Shown here: positions 49,255-58,244 of the stretch, in pieces
Layout of the letters: every line of letters starts with the position of its first letter
How positions within the stretch are numbered: the first letter of the stretch is position 1
Origin: an uncultured Clostridia bacterium
Lineage (GTDB): Bacteria > Bacillota > Clostridia > Christensenellales > CAG-314
Direction of reading: 5' to 3'
DNA: 64,000 nt
NCBI GenBank assembly: GCA_944364615.1
Contig: CALVWF010000001.1
Coordinates: 193,840 to 257,839, forward strand
Notes under the pieces: model-generated
Databases searched by the model: none
Seen by the model: only the letters and a program-made list of their open reading frames with translations
What the model was told of the DNA's origin: nothing
Program-made: the position numbers and the translations under genes

Positions 49255-49707
49255 ATGTATTATTTAGTTAAAGGAATTTGCCATGACGAATTGGGAGGTT
49301 CTTTCGAGTGGGTGATTAATGCGGATTCGAAGGAGGCAGTACTTGCCGAATTGGATGAAACTGATGAAGTGGTAGAATTGCGTGAAATATCCGTCGAGGA
49401 AAGAATTGAACGTGAAGAAAAAGAAATATTTGATAATGTCAAGAGGGAATATCTTTTCAACCGCTATGGTGATTGCACTATCAGAGAATTTTCCAAAGCT
49501 CAAAAACAAATGGGGGAAGATAAAGAAATGTACTATGATGCACTTGTAGATTATAATAAACGAATGCGCTTCAAAAAAAGATTATTGCGTTTTATAGATA
49601 GCAATGTTATGACTTTAGCTCAATTCAATAAGGCTCTTATTGCTTTGTGCGATGCCAAAACCGATGAAGAATTCAACTCAATTTTAGCGAAAGCAAAAGA
49701 TAATTGA
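49255..49707 (+). CDS. Hypothetical acidic protein (150 aa)
   Basis: RBS AAGGAGAA. Begins 6 nt after the XRE stop. No motif recognised. Confidence 0.5.
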   Translation: MYYLVKGICHDELGGSFEWVINADSKEAVLAELDETDEVVELREISVEERIEREEKEIFDNVKREYLFNRYGDCTIREFSKAQKQMGEDKEMYYDALVDYNKRMRFKKRLLRFIDSNVMTLAQFNKALIALCDAKTDEEFNSILAKAKDN

Positions 49708-49722
49708 TAAGAGGAAAATAAC

Positions 49723-50805
49723 ATGAAAAAATGGCTTTGTAGATGGGTATCTGTTTTACTTATATTTGTTTTGATAATAACAGTTACTTTATTAGCAGGC
49801 TGTGCCGAAAATAATGACGACACTATTGAAATAACAGATATGTCAGGAACCGTTGTTGAAATTCCTCGTTCTCCGAAGAAGATTGCGGCGGTTTCCCCTT
49901 CAACTGGCGACCTTATGATAGCCTTCGGCTTAGGGGAGTTGTTGGACGGAACATATTTCAGCACTTTGGATAACCCGTGGGCTACGGAGATTTATCCGGA
50001 AGCAAAAAATTTTTACGGGTATGACTATGATAACAGCGTTGAAACATTTATCATGCGTGGTGTTGACCTTATATTTATCCCGGAACCTGCAACAGCGCAA
50101 ATGCTTCGTGAACACGGGTTAAATGCTTTATGCGTACGTCAATTTGCCGAAGACGGATATGACGATTATGTTTTTTATTTTTCTGAAATGATAAGGCAAA
50201 TTTGGGGTGGTGACAAGGCTGTTTTAGAAAAAATAGACATGTGGCAATCTGATTTTACCACGGCGCTAAATACAGTGAAACAAACTTTAAATGCACACCC
50301 TGAAATTCAAACGCAAACGCTTTATTACATAAACGGCGAAAAAGACAGAGGACTCGGATATACAGATCTTGGCAAATCGTTATTGGAAACAGTATATAAG
50401 GCACTAAAAATAGATTTTATATGCAATCGCTTTGAATCCAATCGCCCTTCCGTTGAAGCTGTCTTAGAGATTAATCCAGATCTAATATCCATCGGAGGAA
50501 TTTATCAGAAAAAACGCTTGAATGAGTTGTGCTCGACCGAACCTTGGAATCAGATAAAAGCAGTGCGAGAGAATAAAGTCTACAATATCCCCGTTGGCTT
50601 CGTTGGATTTGAGCAGACATGTTCCGCATCCGCGTTGTTTATTTATTCGCAGGCAAATCAAATTTATCCCGATTTGTTTGATTTCGATTTAGTGACTTTA
50701 ACGCAAGAATGCCTGCAAAAATATTTTGACTATACATTGACGGATGATGCGGCGCAAAATTTGCTCGATGGATATTTTAAAGACGGGAGTCTTATGATAG
50801 AATGA
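49723..50805 (+). CDS. ABC importer substrate-binding lipoprotein (FecB/BtuF-type, iron-chelate or corrinoid class)
   Basis: Lipobox TLLAGC. Bilobed class III SBP-like sequence (...KKIAAVSPSTGDLMIAFGL...). Operon partner of a FecCD permease. Confidence 0.7.
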   Translation: MKKWLCRWVSVLLIFVLIITVTLLAGCAENNDDTIEITDMSGTVVEIPRSPKKIAAVSPSTGDLMIAFGLGELLDGTYFSTLDNPWATEIYPEAKNFYGYDYDNSVETFIMRGVDLIFIPEPATAQMLREHGLNALCVRQFAEDGYDDYVFYFSEMIRQIWGGDKAVLEKIDMWQSDFTTALNTVKQTLNAHPEIQTQTLYYINGEKDRGLGYTDLGKSLLETVYKALKIDFICNRFESNRPSVEAVLEINPDLISIGGIYQKKRLNELCSTEPWNQIKAVRENKVYNIPVGFVGFEQTCSASALFIYSQANQIYPDLFDFDLVTLTQECLQKYFDYTLTDDAAQNLLDGYFKDGSLMIE

Positions 50806-51815
50806 ACAAAGAACGAAAGAAAACTATAATATGGCTGAGCGCATCGGTCATCATCTTGGTTATAATATTTTTTTCTGCATTGATGATCGGCAGATATACT
50901 ATTTCACTACCATCATTTTTCTCTGCTTTGTTTAATATGTCCTCAGCGGATTCAGTAGATAGAAGCGTAATTCTTTCTTTGCGGCTGCCGAGAACGCTTG
51001 TCGCCCTGTTGGTAGGAGTTGCTCTCAGCCTTTCTGGACTTGTATACCAAGAAACATTTCAAAACAAGTTGGTGTCGCCCGATTTTCTCGGTGTATCCAC
51101 CGGGGCCGGGTTCGGTGCGGCGATTGCGATAATTGTTGGACTGACAGGGCTGCCGATCAGCGTTGCTGCATTTGTTTTCGGTATTTTGACCATGTTACTG
51201 ACAGTAGGCATTGCAAAGATATTCAGAAATAATTCCCCAACGATTCTGCTGCTTTCCGGAATCATAATCAGCGGATTGATGAGCGCGGGCATAAGTTTTG
51301 TAGAGTTTATGGCCGATACGGATAAACAGCTTGGTGAAATTGTTTATTGGTTGCTCGGCACGTTTTCTAAGGCAACAATGCGTGATGTATGGATATTATT
51401 GCCAATCGTAACAGTATGTTCGTTATTTCTGTTTATTATCAGGTGGAGAATCAATATAGTTGCGCTTGGAAGGAATGAAGCGGCCTCATTGGGATTGAAT
51501 TACAATCTTTACCGCAATCTGATTATTCTTACGGCTACGCTGCTTACTGCAGCATCCGTAGCGTATAGCGGAATTGTTGGATGGATAGGCTTGGTTGTTC
51601 CTCATATGGCACGTGTTTGTGTTGGGCGAGACGCGCGGAAAACCATACAGCTTACAATTTTATTCGGAGCTGCATTTGCAATTATCTGCGACATAATTTC
51701 GAGAACTTTTACAGCGTCAGAAATACCCCTTTCCGCGGTCACCGGATTTTTAGGGACACCGATTTTCATAGGCATTCTGTTTCTTCGGAGAAAAACCATT
51801 TATGATAAAACTTGA
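50802..51815 (+). CDS. FecCD/BtuC family ABC importer permease
   Basis: ...RLPRTLVALLVGVALSLSGLVYQ..., ...GIVGWIGLVVPHMAR.... About 9-10 TM. 4-nt overlap with the SBP gene. Confidence 0.85.
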   Translation: MNKERKKTIIWLSASVIILVIIFFSALMIGRYTISLPSFFSALFNMSSADSVDRSVILSLRLPRTLVALLVGVALSLSGLVYQETFQNKLVSPDFLGVSTGAGFGAAIAIIVGLTGLPISVAAFVFGILTMLLTVGIAKIFRNNSPTILLLSGIIISGLMSAGISFVEFMADTDKQLGEIVYWLLGTFSKATMRDVWILLPIVTVCSLFLFIIRWRINIVALGRNEAASLGLNYNLYRNLIILTATLLTAASVAYSGIVGWIGLVVPHMARVCVGRDARKTIQLTILFGAAFAIICDIISRTFTASEIPLSAVTGFLGTPIFIGILFLRRKTIYDKT

Positions 51816-52581
51816 AACGAGAGATTTAAGCTATTCTTATCATGCCGGACAAGCGATTTTGAGCAATATCTCTTTAGAAATAAACGAGGGGACAATAACA
51901 GTTTTACTTGGCTTAAACGGTTCGGGGAAAACGACGCTGATAAAAGTTTTAACGGGACTGTTAAGGCCGCTAAAAAGAACAACATTTATTGAGTCCAAGG
52001 ATATTACTCAAATTTCACCGGTAGCACTTTCAAAATTTATTTCTTATGTACCACAAAATATATCCGATGATACAGATTTTGCAGTTTTAGACTATCTGAC
52101 GTTTGGCAGGATGAACACAATAAAGTTTTACTCTTCGCCCAAATCGGAGGATTATAAAAGAGCAAAAGCTGTTGCAGAGGAATTAGGTATAACTGACTTG
52201 CTTACCGAAAAAATGAATGAACTTTCGGGCGGCCAACGGCAATTAGTAACAATTGCGAGAGCCGTTGTGCAGGATTCAGGAATCATTATTATGGATGAGC
52301 CGACAGCATCCATAGATTACAAATTTTTAAATATCGTTATACGGTATATATACAAATTAAAACAACAAGGTAAGACGATTGTTTTATCCTGTCATAATCC
52401 AAGTATACCTCTGTTGCTTAATGCGGATGTTGTTGTGTTGGAGCGTGGAAAAGTCAAGATGACAGGAAAAGCGCGTGAGGTGCTGACATTACAAACTTTA
52501 TGCGATATCTATGGGTGTGATTTTATAGCCAGCAGTCAATTACCATATGAAGAAGCAAGTTTATTGCCAATAGAAAGATGA
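51802..52581 (+). CDS. ABC importer ATP-binding protein (FecE/BtuD-like)
   Basis: Walker A GLNGSGKTT, signature LSGGQRQ, Walker B IIIMDEPT. Confidence 0.85.
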   Translation: MIKLETRDLSYSYHAGQAILSNISLEINEGTITVLLGLNGSGKTTLIKVLTGLLRPLKRTTFIESKDITQISPVALSKFISYVPQNISDDTDFAVLDYLTFGRMNTIKFYSSPKSEDYKRAKAVAEELGITDLLTEKMNELSGGQRQLVTIARAVVQDSGIIIMDEPTASIDYKFLNIVIRYIYKLKQQGKTIVLSCHNPSIPLLLNADVVVLERGKVKMTGKAREVLTLQTLCDIYGCDFIASSQLPYEEASLLPIER

Positions 52582-53297
52582 AATACGAACTGATAATTTT
52601 TGATATAGGAAAAACATTGTATGATAAGAATTTTTCGGCGCGAGCTTCCGATTGCGTTCTTCATGACATTGAAGCACTCCGCAAAAAAGGAATAAAAGTT
52701 GGCGTTTGCACAATGCGAACCATACAGCATTGCAAGAAAGTAGTTCCCGTGGAATTAGACTTTTATATAAGTCTTAATGGGAGTTACATTATTTGTGAAG
52801 GGGAAGTTATCGTGGATAAACCTACGTTGATTCCTTTGGGTTACATTGACTTTTTATCTTATGGTAAAGACTTTACATGTTATTCAACGGAAAAGGCAAA
52901 AATACTTGCGGATGTGAATGGTTTTTTAGCTGACAGAAAAGGTGTTGCTTCGCCTGCATATAATGCTGTTTTATTTGATATTCCTGCAGACAAGTTGAGT
53001 AGTTACGATAATTATACTACGGAATATTGGGCAAACACTGCAACTCTGTCTTTGCAAGATAAAAATACTTCACGTGTGATTGGAATACAGGAAGTTTTAC
53101 GTTTTTACAATACGAAATTGCCCCTTCTTTATTTTGGTGACGGGCCGAATGATTCGGAAATTTTTCAGTCGTATCATGATTGTATATGTATGGGTGATGG
53201 TTACTTAAAACTTAAAAAATATGCATTGTTTCAAACAAAAACCTGTAGAAACGAAGGGGTTTCGTTTGCATTGCGAAAATTGGGCTTGTTGCCATAA
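52578..53297 (+). CDS. HAD-superfamily (Cof/IIB-like) protein with non-canonical motif I
   Basis: Motif IV YFGDGPNDSEIF is present. Motif I reads IIFDIGKTL instead of DxDGTL. Confidence 0.65.
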   Translation: MKYELIIFDIGKTLYDKNFSARASDCVLHDIEALRKKGIKVGVCTMRTIQHCKKVVPVELDFYISLNGSYIICEGEVIVDKPTLIPLGYIDFLSYGKDFTCYSTEKAKILADVNGFLADRKGVASPAYNAVLFDIPADKLSSYDNYTTEYWANTATLSLQDKNTSRVIGIQEVLRFYNTKLPLLYFGDGPNDSEIFQSYHDCICMGDGYLKLKKYALFQTKTCRNEGVSFALRKLGLLP

Positions 53298-53626
53298 TTC
53301 CGTTGACTTGCCGCTGACTACTGTGGTACAACGACGCCACGAAAGGCATTAAAAAAATAGGATGCGAATTAAGCATCCTATTCATGGGTAATCTTATAAG
53401 ATATGTTTTCATAGCTAAATAAAAGGTGTTCAGTTGGGGTCTCATCGAGTCCGCCAATGTGTGGCTCGCCTGTAGTCACAACAAAAAGAAAGACACCAAT
53501 GGGTGTCTTTTTCTTTTTATTACTCCGTATTGCTTCGCTACACACATTGCTTTGCCGTCCGGACATCGAAATAACGTGACGCTCAAGCGACAAGCCGCTT
53601 TCGCTATTCCGTCGCTTCGCTCCTTG

Positions 53627-53647
53627 CGAATCCCTCCGCCTCCGCCA
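53627..53647 (+). repeat. Direct repeat copy 2 (orphan tRNA-Ser 3' end), putative attR core
   Basis: cgaatccctccgcctccgcca. No tRNA body lies upstream of it. Confidence 0.85.
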
Positions 53648-53653
53648 TTAGGG

Positions 53654-53694
53654 AATAATACGAACTCTGAAAAAAGGTTCGTATTATTTTTTTT
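53654..53694 (+). terminator. Strong rho-independent terminator immediately after the orphan tRNA 3' end
   Basis: aataatacgaac / gttcgtattatt 12-bp stem followed by a T-run. Confidence 0.8.
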
Positions 53695-53887
53695 GCCGTC
53701 GATTACTTCGGCATCATCGTTGAACGAAAATAAACGCTCCAAATTTTGCCGTTTCGTGGCGGCTATCGTAGCACAGATCTCTCAGAAGTCAATGCAAAAA
53801 ATATACTTTTGCCGACGCTCCGTGGCTTTCGCAAGGCACTGCCTTTCTCGGCATCTGCTTAAGAATCAAATATCTCTTAACACCGAA

Positions 53888-53922
53888 GCCGAGAAGAAAT
53901 TTCTTCGCGGCTTTTTCTTTTG
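53888..53922 (+). terminator. Terminator-like hairpin abutting the IS30-family left end
   Basis: gccgagaagaaa / tttcttcgcggc stem (one mismatch), then tttttcttttg (11 nt) directly before IRL. Confidence 0.55.
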
Positions 53923-55010
53923 GGTGAATTATACTTTCAAGTGCAACACTTTGAGGACAAAAAAAAGGAGTTCATATGAATCTGTTGTATAATTAAAATT
54001 GCAACAAAAAACACAACAGGAGAAATCATATGAACTATAATCATCTTACCATAGAAGAACGCTGTTGTATACGAAAATATTACAACGAAGGAAAAAGTTT
54101 CAGAGAAATTGCAATATTAATTGGCAGAAACGTAAGCACAATATCCAGGGAGATATGGCGAAACAAATCATTTATGAACTGTAAACCTGCATATTATCCA
54201 CAAACGGCACAACGGAAATATTCGCTCAGGCGTAAGTTTTGCCATAGAGGTATGTTCTGGAACATAGAGATTCTGGATTACATAGAGGACAAGCTGAATA
54301 AAACTTGGTCGCCCGATCAGATAGCAAAAACTCCTTGTGAAATAAAAATGCCGTCATTCAAGACAATATATCGCTGGCTGTACCAAGGATATTTGGTGAA
54401 AGGCAACGTAAAAGTATTGAGAAAGAAGGGAAAAACGCGAAAACGACTTGGGAACGGCGGAAAATTTACAACTGGAAAAAGCATACGAAAACGAGATAAA
54501 AGCGTATATAAACGACGAGAAGTCGGACATTGGGAAGTAGATACGGTAGTCAGCGGAATTGGAAAAAGCAAAGCGTGTTTTGCTACGTTTGCGGAAAGAA
54601 AAACGAGGTTTTACATAGCTGTATGGATGCCCGACAGAAAAGCAGAAAGCATGGAAAAAGCATCAGTAAAAGCGTTAGGAGCGTTGCCGTCTGAAATGGT
54701 TAAAAGCATAACTTGCGACAGAGGCAGCGAATTTGGAAATTGGCGCAACATAGAGGAAAAGCTGAAGTGCGAGGTTTACTTAGCAGATCCGTATTGTGCG
54801 TGGCAAAAAGGAACAAATGAAAACAGCAACGGCTTACTGAGAGAGTTTTATCCGAAAGGGCGCAATCTCTCCCACGTGGGAGAGAAAACCCTGAAAAAGA
54901 ATCTGGCGTTGATTAACGCCAGACCTAAAAAAGTACTCGGTTACAAAGCACCGGCAGATTTGTTTGAACAGGAATTGCAAAAAGTGTTGCACTTGGTTTG
55001 ACAATTCACC
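53923..55010 (+). mobile_element. IS30-family insertion sequence (~1.09 kb) with imperfect ~28-bp terminal inverted repeats
   Basis: IRL is ggtgaattatactttcaagtgcaacact. The reverse complement of IRR is ggtgaattgtcaaaccaagtgcaacact. The outer 8 and inner 13 nt are identical. A single transposase ORF runs into IRR. Confidence 0.85.
54030..55001 (+). CDS. IS30 family DDE transposase
   Basis: N-terminal HTH HLTIEERCCIRKYYNEGKSFREIAILIGRNVSTISREIWRN. DDE contexts GHWEVDTV, ITCDRGSEF and WQKGTNENSNGLLREFYPKG. Confidence 0.9.
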   Translation: MNYNHLTIEERCCIRKYYNEGKSFREIAILIGRNVSTISREIWRNKSFMNCKPAYYPQTAQRKYSLRRKFCHRGMFWNIEILDYIEDKLNKTWSPDQIAKTPCEIKMPSFKTIYRWLYQGYLVKGNVKVLRKKGKTRKRLGNGGKFTTGKSIRKRDKSVYKRREVGHWEVDTVVSGIGKSKACFATFAERKTRFYIAVWMPDRKAESMEKASVKALGALPSEMVKSITCDRGSEFGNWRNIEEKLKCEVYLADPYCAWQKGTNENSNGLLREFYPKGRNLSHVGEKTLKKNLALINARPKKVLGYKAPADLFEQELQKVLHLV

Positions 55011-55149
55011 CCTTAGATTACACGGTAATTCAATGCGTTTTAAAAACGCGTTGTCAATGTTCAACAACCAACTTTTCCGTCAGCAACTCGGCATTACAGT
55101 ATTCCGGTTGTCCCGTTGCACCACCGTTAAATAATATTCCCCCGACCCA

Positions 55150-55533
55150 CTACTTAAGCGATTGTATTTTGCGCAAAATGGGCTCGTCGGCAGGACAAAA
55201 CGTGTAAAAAGGTATTTCATCCGCGGTGATCCATTTGATGTCGTTGTGTTCTATTTTTTGTAGACTTCCGCCGACAATCTCGGCATAAAACAGCGTAAGA
55301 TGTACCGTTACATCGGGATAAACATGCGTAACGTCGGTAAAAATTTCACCCACCTTTACTTTTACTGCCAATTCCTCCATACATTCTCTGGCAAGTGCCT
55401 GTTGCGGCGTTTCGCCTTTTTCCACTTTGCCTCCGACAAACTCCCACATCAGCCCCCTTGCCTTGTAAGACGGCCTCTGACAAATAAGAAATTTGTCATT
55501 TTCTTTAATAAATGCCGCAACAACTTCCAACAT
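55150..55533 (-). CDS. NUDIX hydrolase (MutT-like nucleoside triphosphate pyrophosphohydrolase)
   Basis: Nudix box GGKVEKGETPQQALARECMEELAV. 127 aa. Confidence 0.8.
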   Translation of the reverse strand: MLEVVAAFIKENDKFLICQRPSYKARGLMWEFVGGKVEKGETPQQALARECMEELAVKVKVGEIFTDVTHVYPDVTVHLTLFYAEIVGGSLQKIEHNDIKWITADEIPFYTFCPADEPILRKIQSLK

Positions 55534-55681
55534 GATTCCTCCGTTTAACGATTGTTGTCATTTCGCACAGCAGTTTATGCGCTACGCTTTAACAAACCAT
55601 TTGTACGTCTGTTTAAAATAATACAATCATTGTATTGAACAAATAACATTTGCTGCATCTAAATTTTTAAACCGACCTGAT

Positions 55682-58066
55682 TTACAGCGTTTCGGTCAAC
55701 ACCTTTCTTACGACTTTCGGCATTGCACTGTTTTCGACGACTTCAATAAACTCTTCAACAGTCCTGCATTTGTCCGTCCGTCTCATCAGTTCGCTTTTTA
55801 AAGAGTTGAGACATTCCGTCTGCAACAACACCGTTTCGGTACGCTTTTTTAAACGATCCAAAAGCGAAATCGGACTGTACTTTACACAAACGTTATAACT
55901 GCTTTGCGCTTCAACGGGAATGCTGACACATACGCAATCTTCAAGCAAAACTTCCCAATTGTCGGTGCCTTCCACCGTTACAGTGCCGTCGCAGATATCT
56001 TCAAAACGAACCGTCAACGTCCTTTGCAAGACGGCGTCGCCCGTTCGTATCACAAGTTCTTGTTCCCCTTCTTTTTCGCTAATTTCAAAACGAGTAAAAG
56101 AGGGTTTTTCGGTACTTGAGTTTTCTTCGTACATGCTGAAACTGCCGTTACCTGAAAAACAACAGACATCGAGTTTCATTGGGTTGCCGCATGCATTGCC
56201 ATTATCTTGAGACAAAGGCAATACACATCCCGACGGAGCAAGTACAGGTATGCTTTCCAGCCTGCGATACATGGTCACCGTCTTACCGCCCTTGCCTGCA
56301 ACGTAAACGTCTTTGGTGAATATATCCGTCCAACGTCCTTCGGGCAACCACACCGCTACCGAGGCGTACCCGTCCTTTTCCATCGGTTTTGTCACGGGCG
56401 CCACAAGCAAATTACCGAACATATACTGATTTTTAAAAGCATACGCTTCGGAACAGTCCGCCCACCTGTAATACATAGGAGTAATGAGCGGAATGCCTTC
56501 TGCATGAGTAAGATAACTGTAAGTAAACAAATACGGTATAAGGCTGTGTCTTAAACGCAACCACTGTCCGGCAATAAGCCCCACTCCGTTGGAATATGCC
56601 CACGGTTCCTTGGTCTGTGTTCGTTCGTTACAGCAATGCAAACGGTTTATAGGGCTGAATACGCCGAATTGAAGATGTCTTAAATACAATTCGCCGTCAG
56701 TTTCGCCGTTCATATGGCCGCCTATATCGTGGCTCCACCATGTATAGCCGATGTTACTTGCGGTAGCGGTAAAATACGGAAGATACCGCAATGTTTTCCA
56801 TGTTATCATGGTGTCTCCGGAAAAGCCCAGCGGATACCTGTGCGCACCTGCCCCGGAATACCTTGACAACAACAGCGGATGTGAATGACGTGACCCGTGA
56901 TCGGTAAAATGATAATGATTCAACGCCCACAGAGGATCAAGCCCGTCTATCTTGCTGGACGATCCCTGTTGCCAGTCCACCCACCAGAAATCCACACCGT
57001 TGTCTTCGTACGGGTGGTGAAGTATTTTGAAATAATTGTCTATAAACACAGGGTCGGCAAAATCGAATCTGACAGCCTGCCGTGTTGCCGAATCTATACC
57101 CATTGCCTGCGCCATTTCGCGATACATATCTTCCCACCAACGCACTCCGTCCGCAGGATGCAAATTCAGAGTTACCGCAAGGTTTTGCCGTTTTATCTTT
57201 TGCAAAAACGATTTGTAATCGGCAAACAGGTCTTTGTTCCAACTATAACCGGTCCAGCCGCTGTTTCCTCCGTGAAAATCGTCGTTAAGTCCCTGTCTGC
57301 ATATTCCGAACCGTTCGTCCACGTCGTCGGAATAATGCCAGTCCATATCTATCGTTGCCACCGTAAGAGGAATGTTTCTTTGGCTGAATTTACGCAGTAG
57401 CGTCAGGTATTCTTTTTCGTTGTAAGCGTGATACCTGCTCCACCAGTTGCCCAGTGCGTACCTCGGAATCATCGGGACCTTGCCGCATATTGCAAAATAC
57501 GCCTTTACCGCCGCAAGGTAATCCTTGCCGTAAGCAAAAACATAGCCGTCTGTTCCTGAGGCCTTTTCGAGTATTATATTGCTGTGCGAATCTATACCAA
57601 GCGACTGCGAATCGTCCATAAACGCCACGCCCGTGAGCGAGCAAACACCTTCCTGCAACTTTACCTTTTGTTTGTTTACAAATTGCCAGTCAAGATATCT
57701 TGTGTCGCCGTCACACATATCCAGCGTCCTACATGTTCCCTTTAAATTTCCGCGATTGCTTACGGGAACGGACTTATTGCAAAGTTTTATTGCGCAGTCC
57801 TTAAATTTTCTGCCAAGTTTAAGCGAGCATTTTTCGGTTGTAATGACCGCAGTTTCTCCGTTGTCTTCGAAGGTGAATTTTACGGCGGGCATATCTCTGT
57901 ACCACACCGCCTGCGTTGCGTTGTCGCGAAATAGCCGCTGTGCGTTTTTTTCGATACGAAACAGCCTGTCTGTCAGAACGGTTACTCTGTAATCCTTCCA
58001 GAATACAATATTTTCCTTTAGCGCAACAGGTCTGACGTCTATTGCAAAACGTTCGGGCATGCCCAT
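55682..58066 (-). CDS. Glycoside hydrolase family 31 (alpha-glucosidase/alpha-xylosidase-like)
   Basis: GVDFWWVDWQQG (nucleophile region) and WWSHDIGGH (acid/base region). Start taken as the ATG at 58066 after GGAGGT. The ORF track begins at 58081. Confidence 0.8.
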   Translation of the reverse strand: MGMPERFAIDVRPVALKENIVFWKDYRVTVLTDRLFRIEKNAQRLFRDNATQAVWYRDMPAVKFTFEDNGETAVITTEKCSLKLGRKFKDCAIKLCNKSVPVSNRGNLKGTCRTLDMCDGDTRYLDWQFVNKQKVKLQEGVCSLTGVAFMDDSQSLGIDSHSNIILEKASGTDGYVFAYGKDYLAAVKAYFAICGKVPMIPRYALGNWWSRYHAYNEKEYLTLLRKFSQRNIPLTVATIDMDWHYSDDVDERFGICRQGLNDDFHGGNSGWTGYSWNKDLFADYKSFLQKIKRQNLAVTLNLHPADGVRWWEDMYREMAQAMGIDSATRQAVRFDFADPVFIDNYFKILHHPYEDNGVDFWWVDWQQGSSSKIDGLDPLWALNHYHFTDHGSRHSHPLLLSRYSGAGAHRYPLGFSGDTMITWKTLRYLPYFTATASNIGYTWWSHDIGGHMNGETDGELYLRHLQFGVFSPINRLHCCNERTQTKEPWAYSNGVGLIAGQWLRLRHSLIPYLFTYSYLTHAEGIPLITPMYYRWADCSEAYAFKNQYMFGNLLVAPVTKPMEKDGYASVAVWLPEGRWTDIFTKDVYVAGKGGKTVTMYRRLESIPVLAPSGCVLPLSQDNGNACGNPMKLDVCCFSGNGSFSMYEENSSTEKPSFTRFEISEKEGEQELVIRTGDAVLQRTLTVRFEDICDGTVTVEGTDNWEVLLEDCVCVSIPVEAQSSYNVCVKYSPISLLDRLKKRTETVLLQTECLNSLKSELMRRTDKCRTVEEFIEVVENSAMPKVVRKVLTETL

Positions 58067-58244
58067 TGTAAATACCTCCATTTTTACCTGACCTTGAAAA
58101 TATCAGCACCGTAAACACACAGTGACAGCAGCAAACAATCCGTTATAGCGCACAAATTCGCACAACGTACCGCTCTTTTAATGAAGTTAAGCCGTCCGTA
58201 GTACTTTTCTGTTTGCGATGAAATACAGCGAGCAAAATTTGCAA

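Larger units (their letters stand above)
48668..53647 (+). mobile_element. tRNA-Ser-associated genomic islet (~5 kb), bounded by 21-bp direct repeats, with no integrase
   Basis: 21-bp perfect DR. The interior is visibly AT-richer than its flanks. A strong terminator immediately follows the distal repeat, as expected for the displaced original tRNA 3' flank. Confidence 0.55.

Noticed and set aside
53426-53992. 188-aa + strand ORF, and the 71-aa and 88-aa minus-strand ORFs in 53378-53742
   Set aside because: They read through two terminator hairpins, the orphan tRNA 3' repeat and the IS left end. The sequence is low-complexity with no SD. The region is better explained as non-coding island/IS junction DNA. 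A short transcript between the hairpins at 53357-53383 and 53494-53520 cannot be excluded, but nothing supports it.
53915-55020. Target-site duplication flanking the IS30-family element (and the mini-element at 19544-19588)
   Set aside because: The flanks read ...cttttg | IS | ccttag..., and ...gttatt | mini | cacatt.... No convincing 2-3-bp direct duplication appears under any of the plausible end definitions, so none is claimed.
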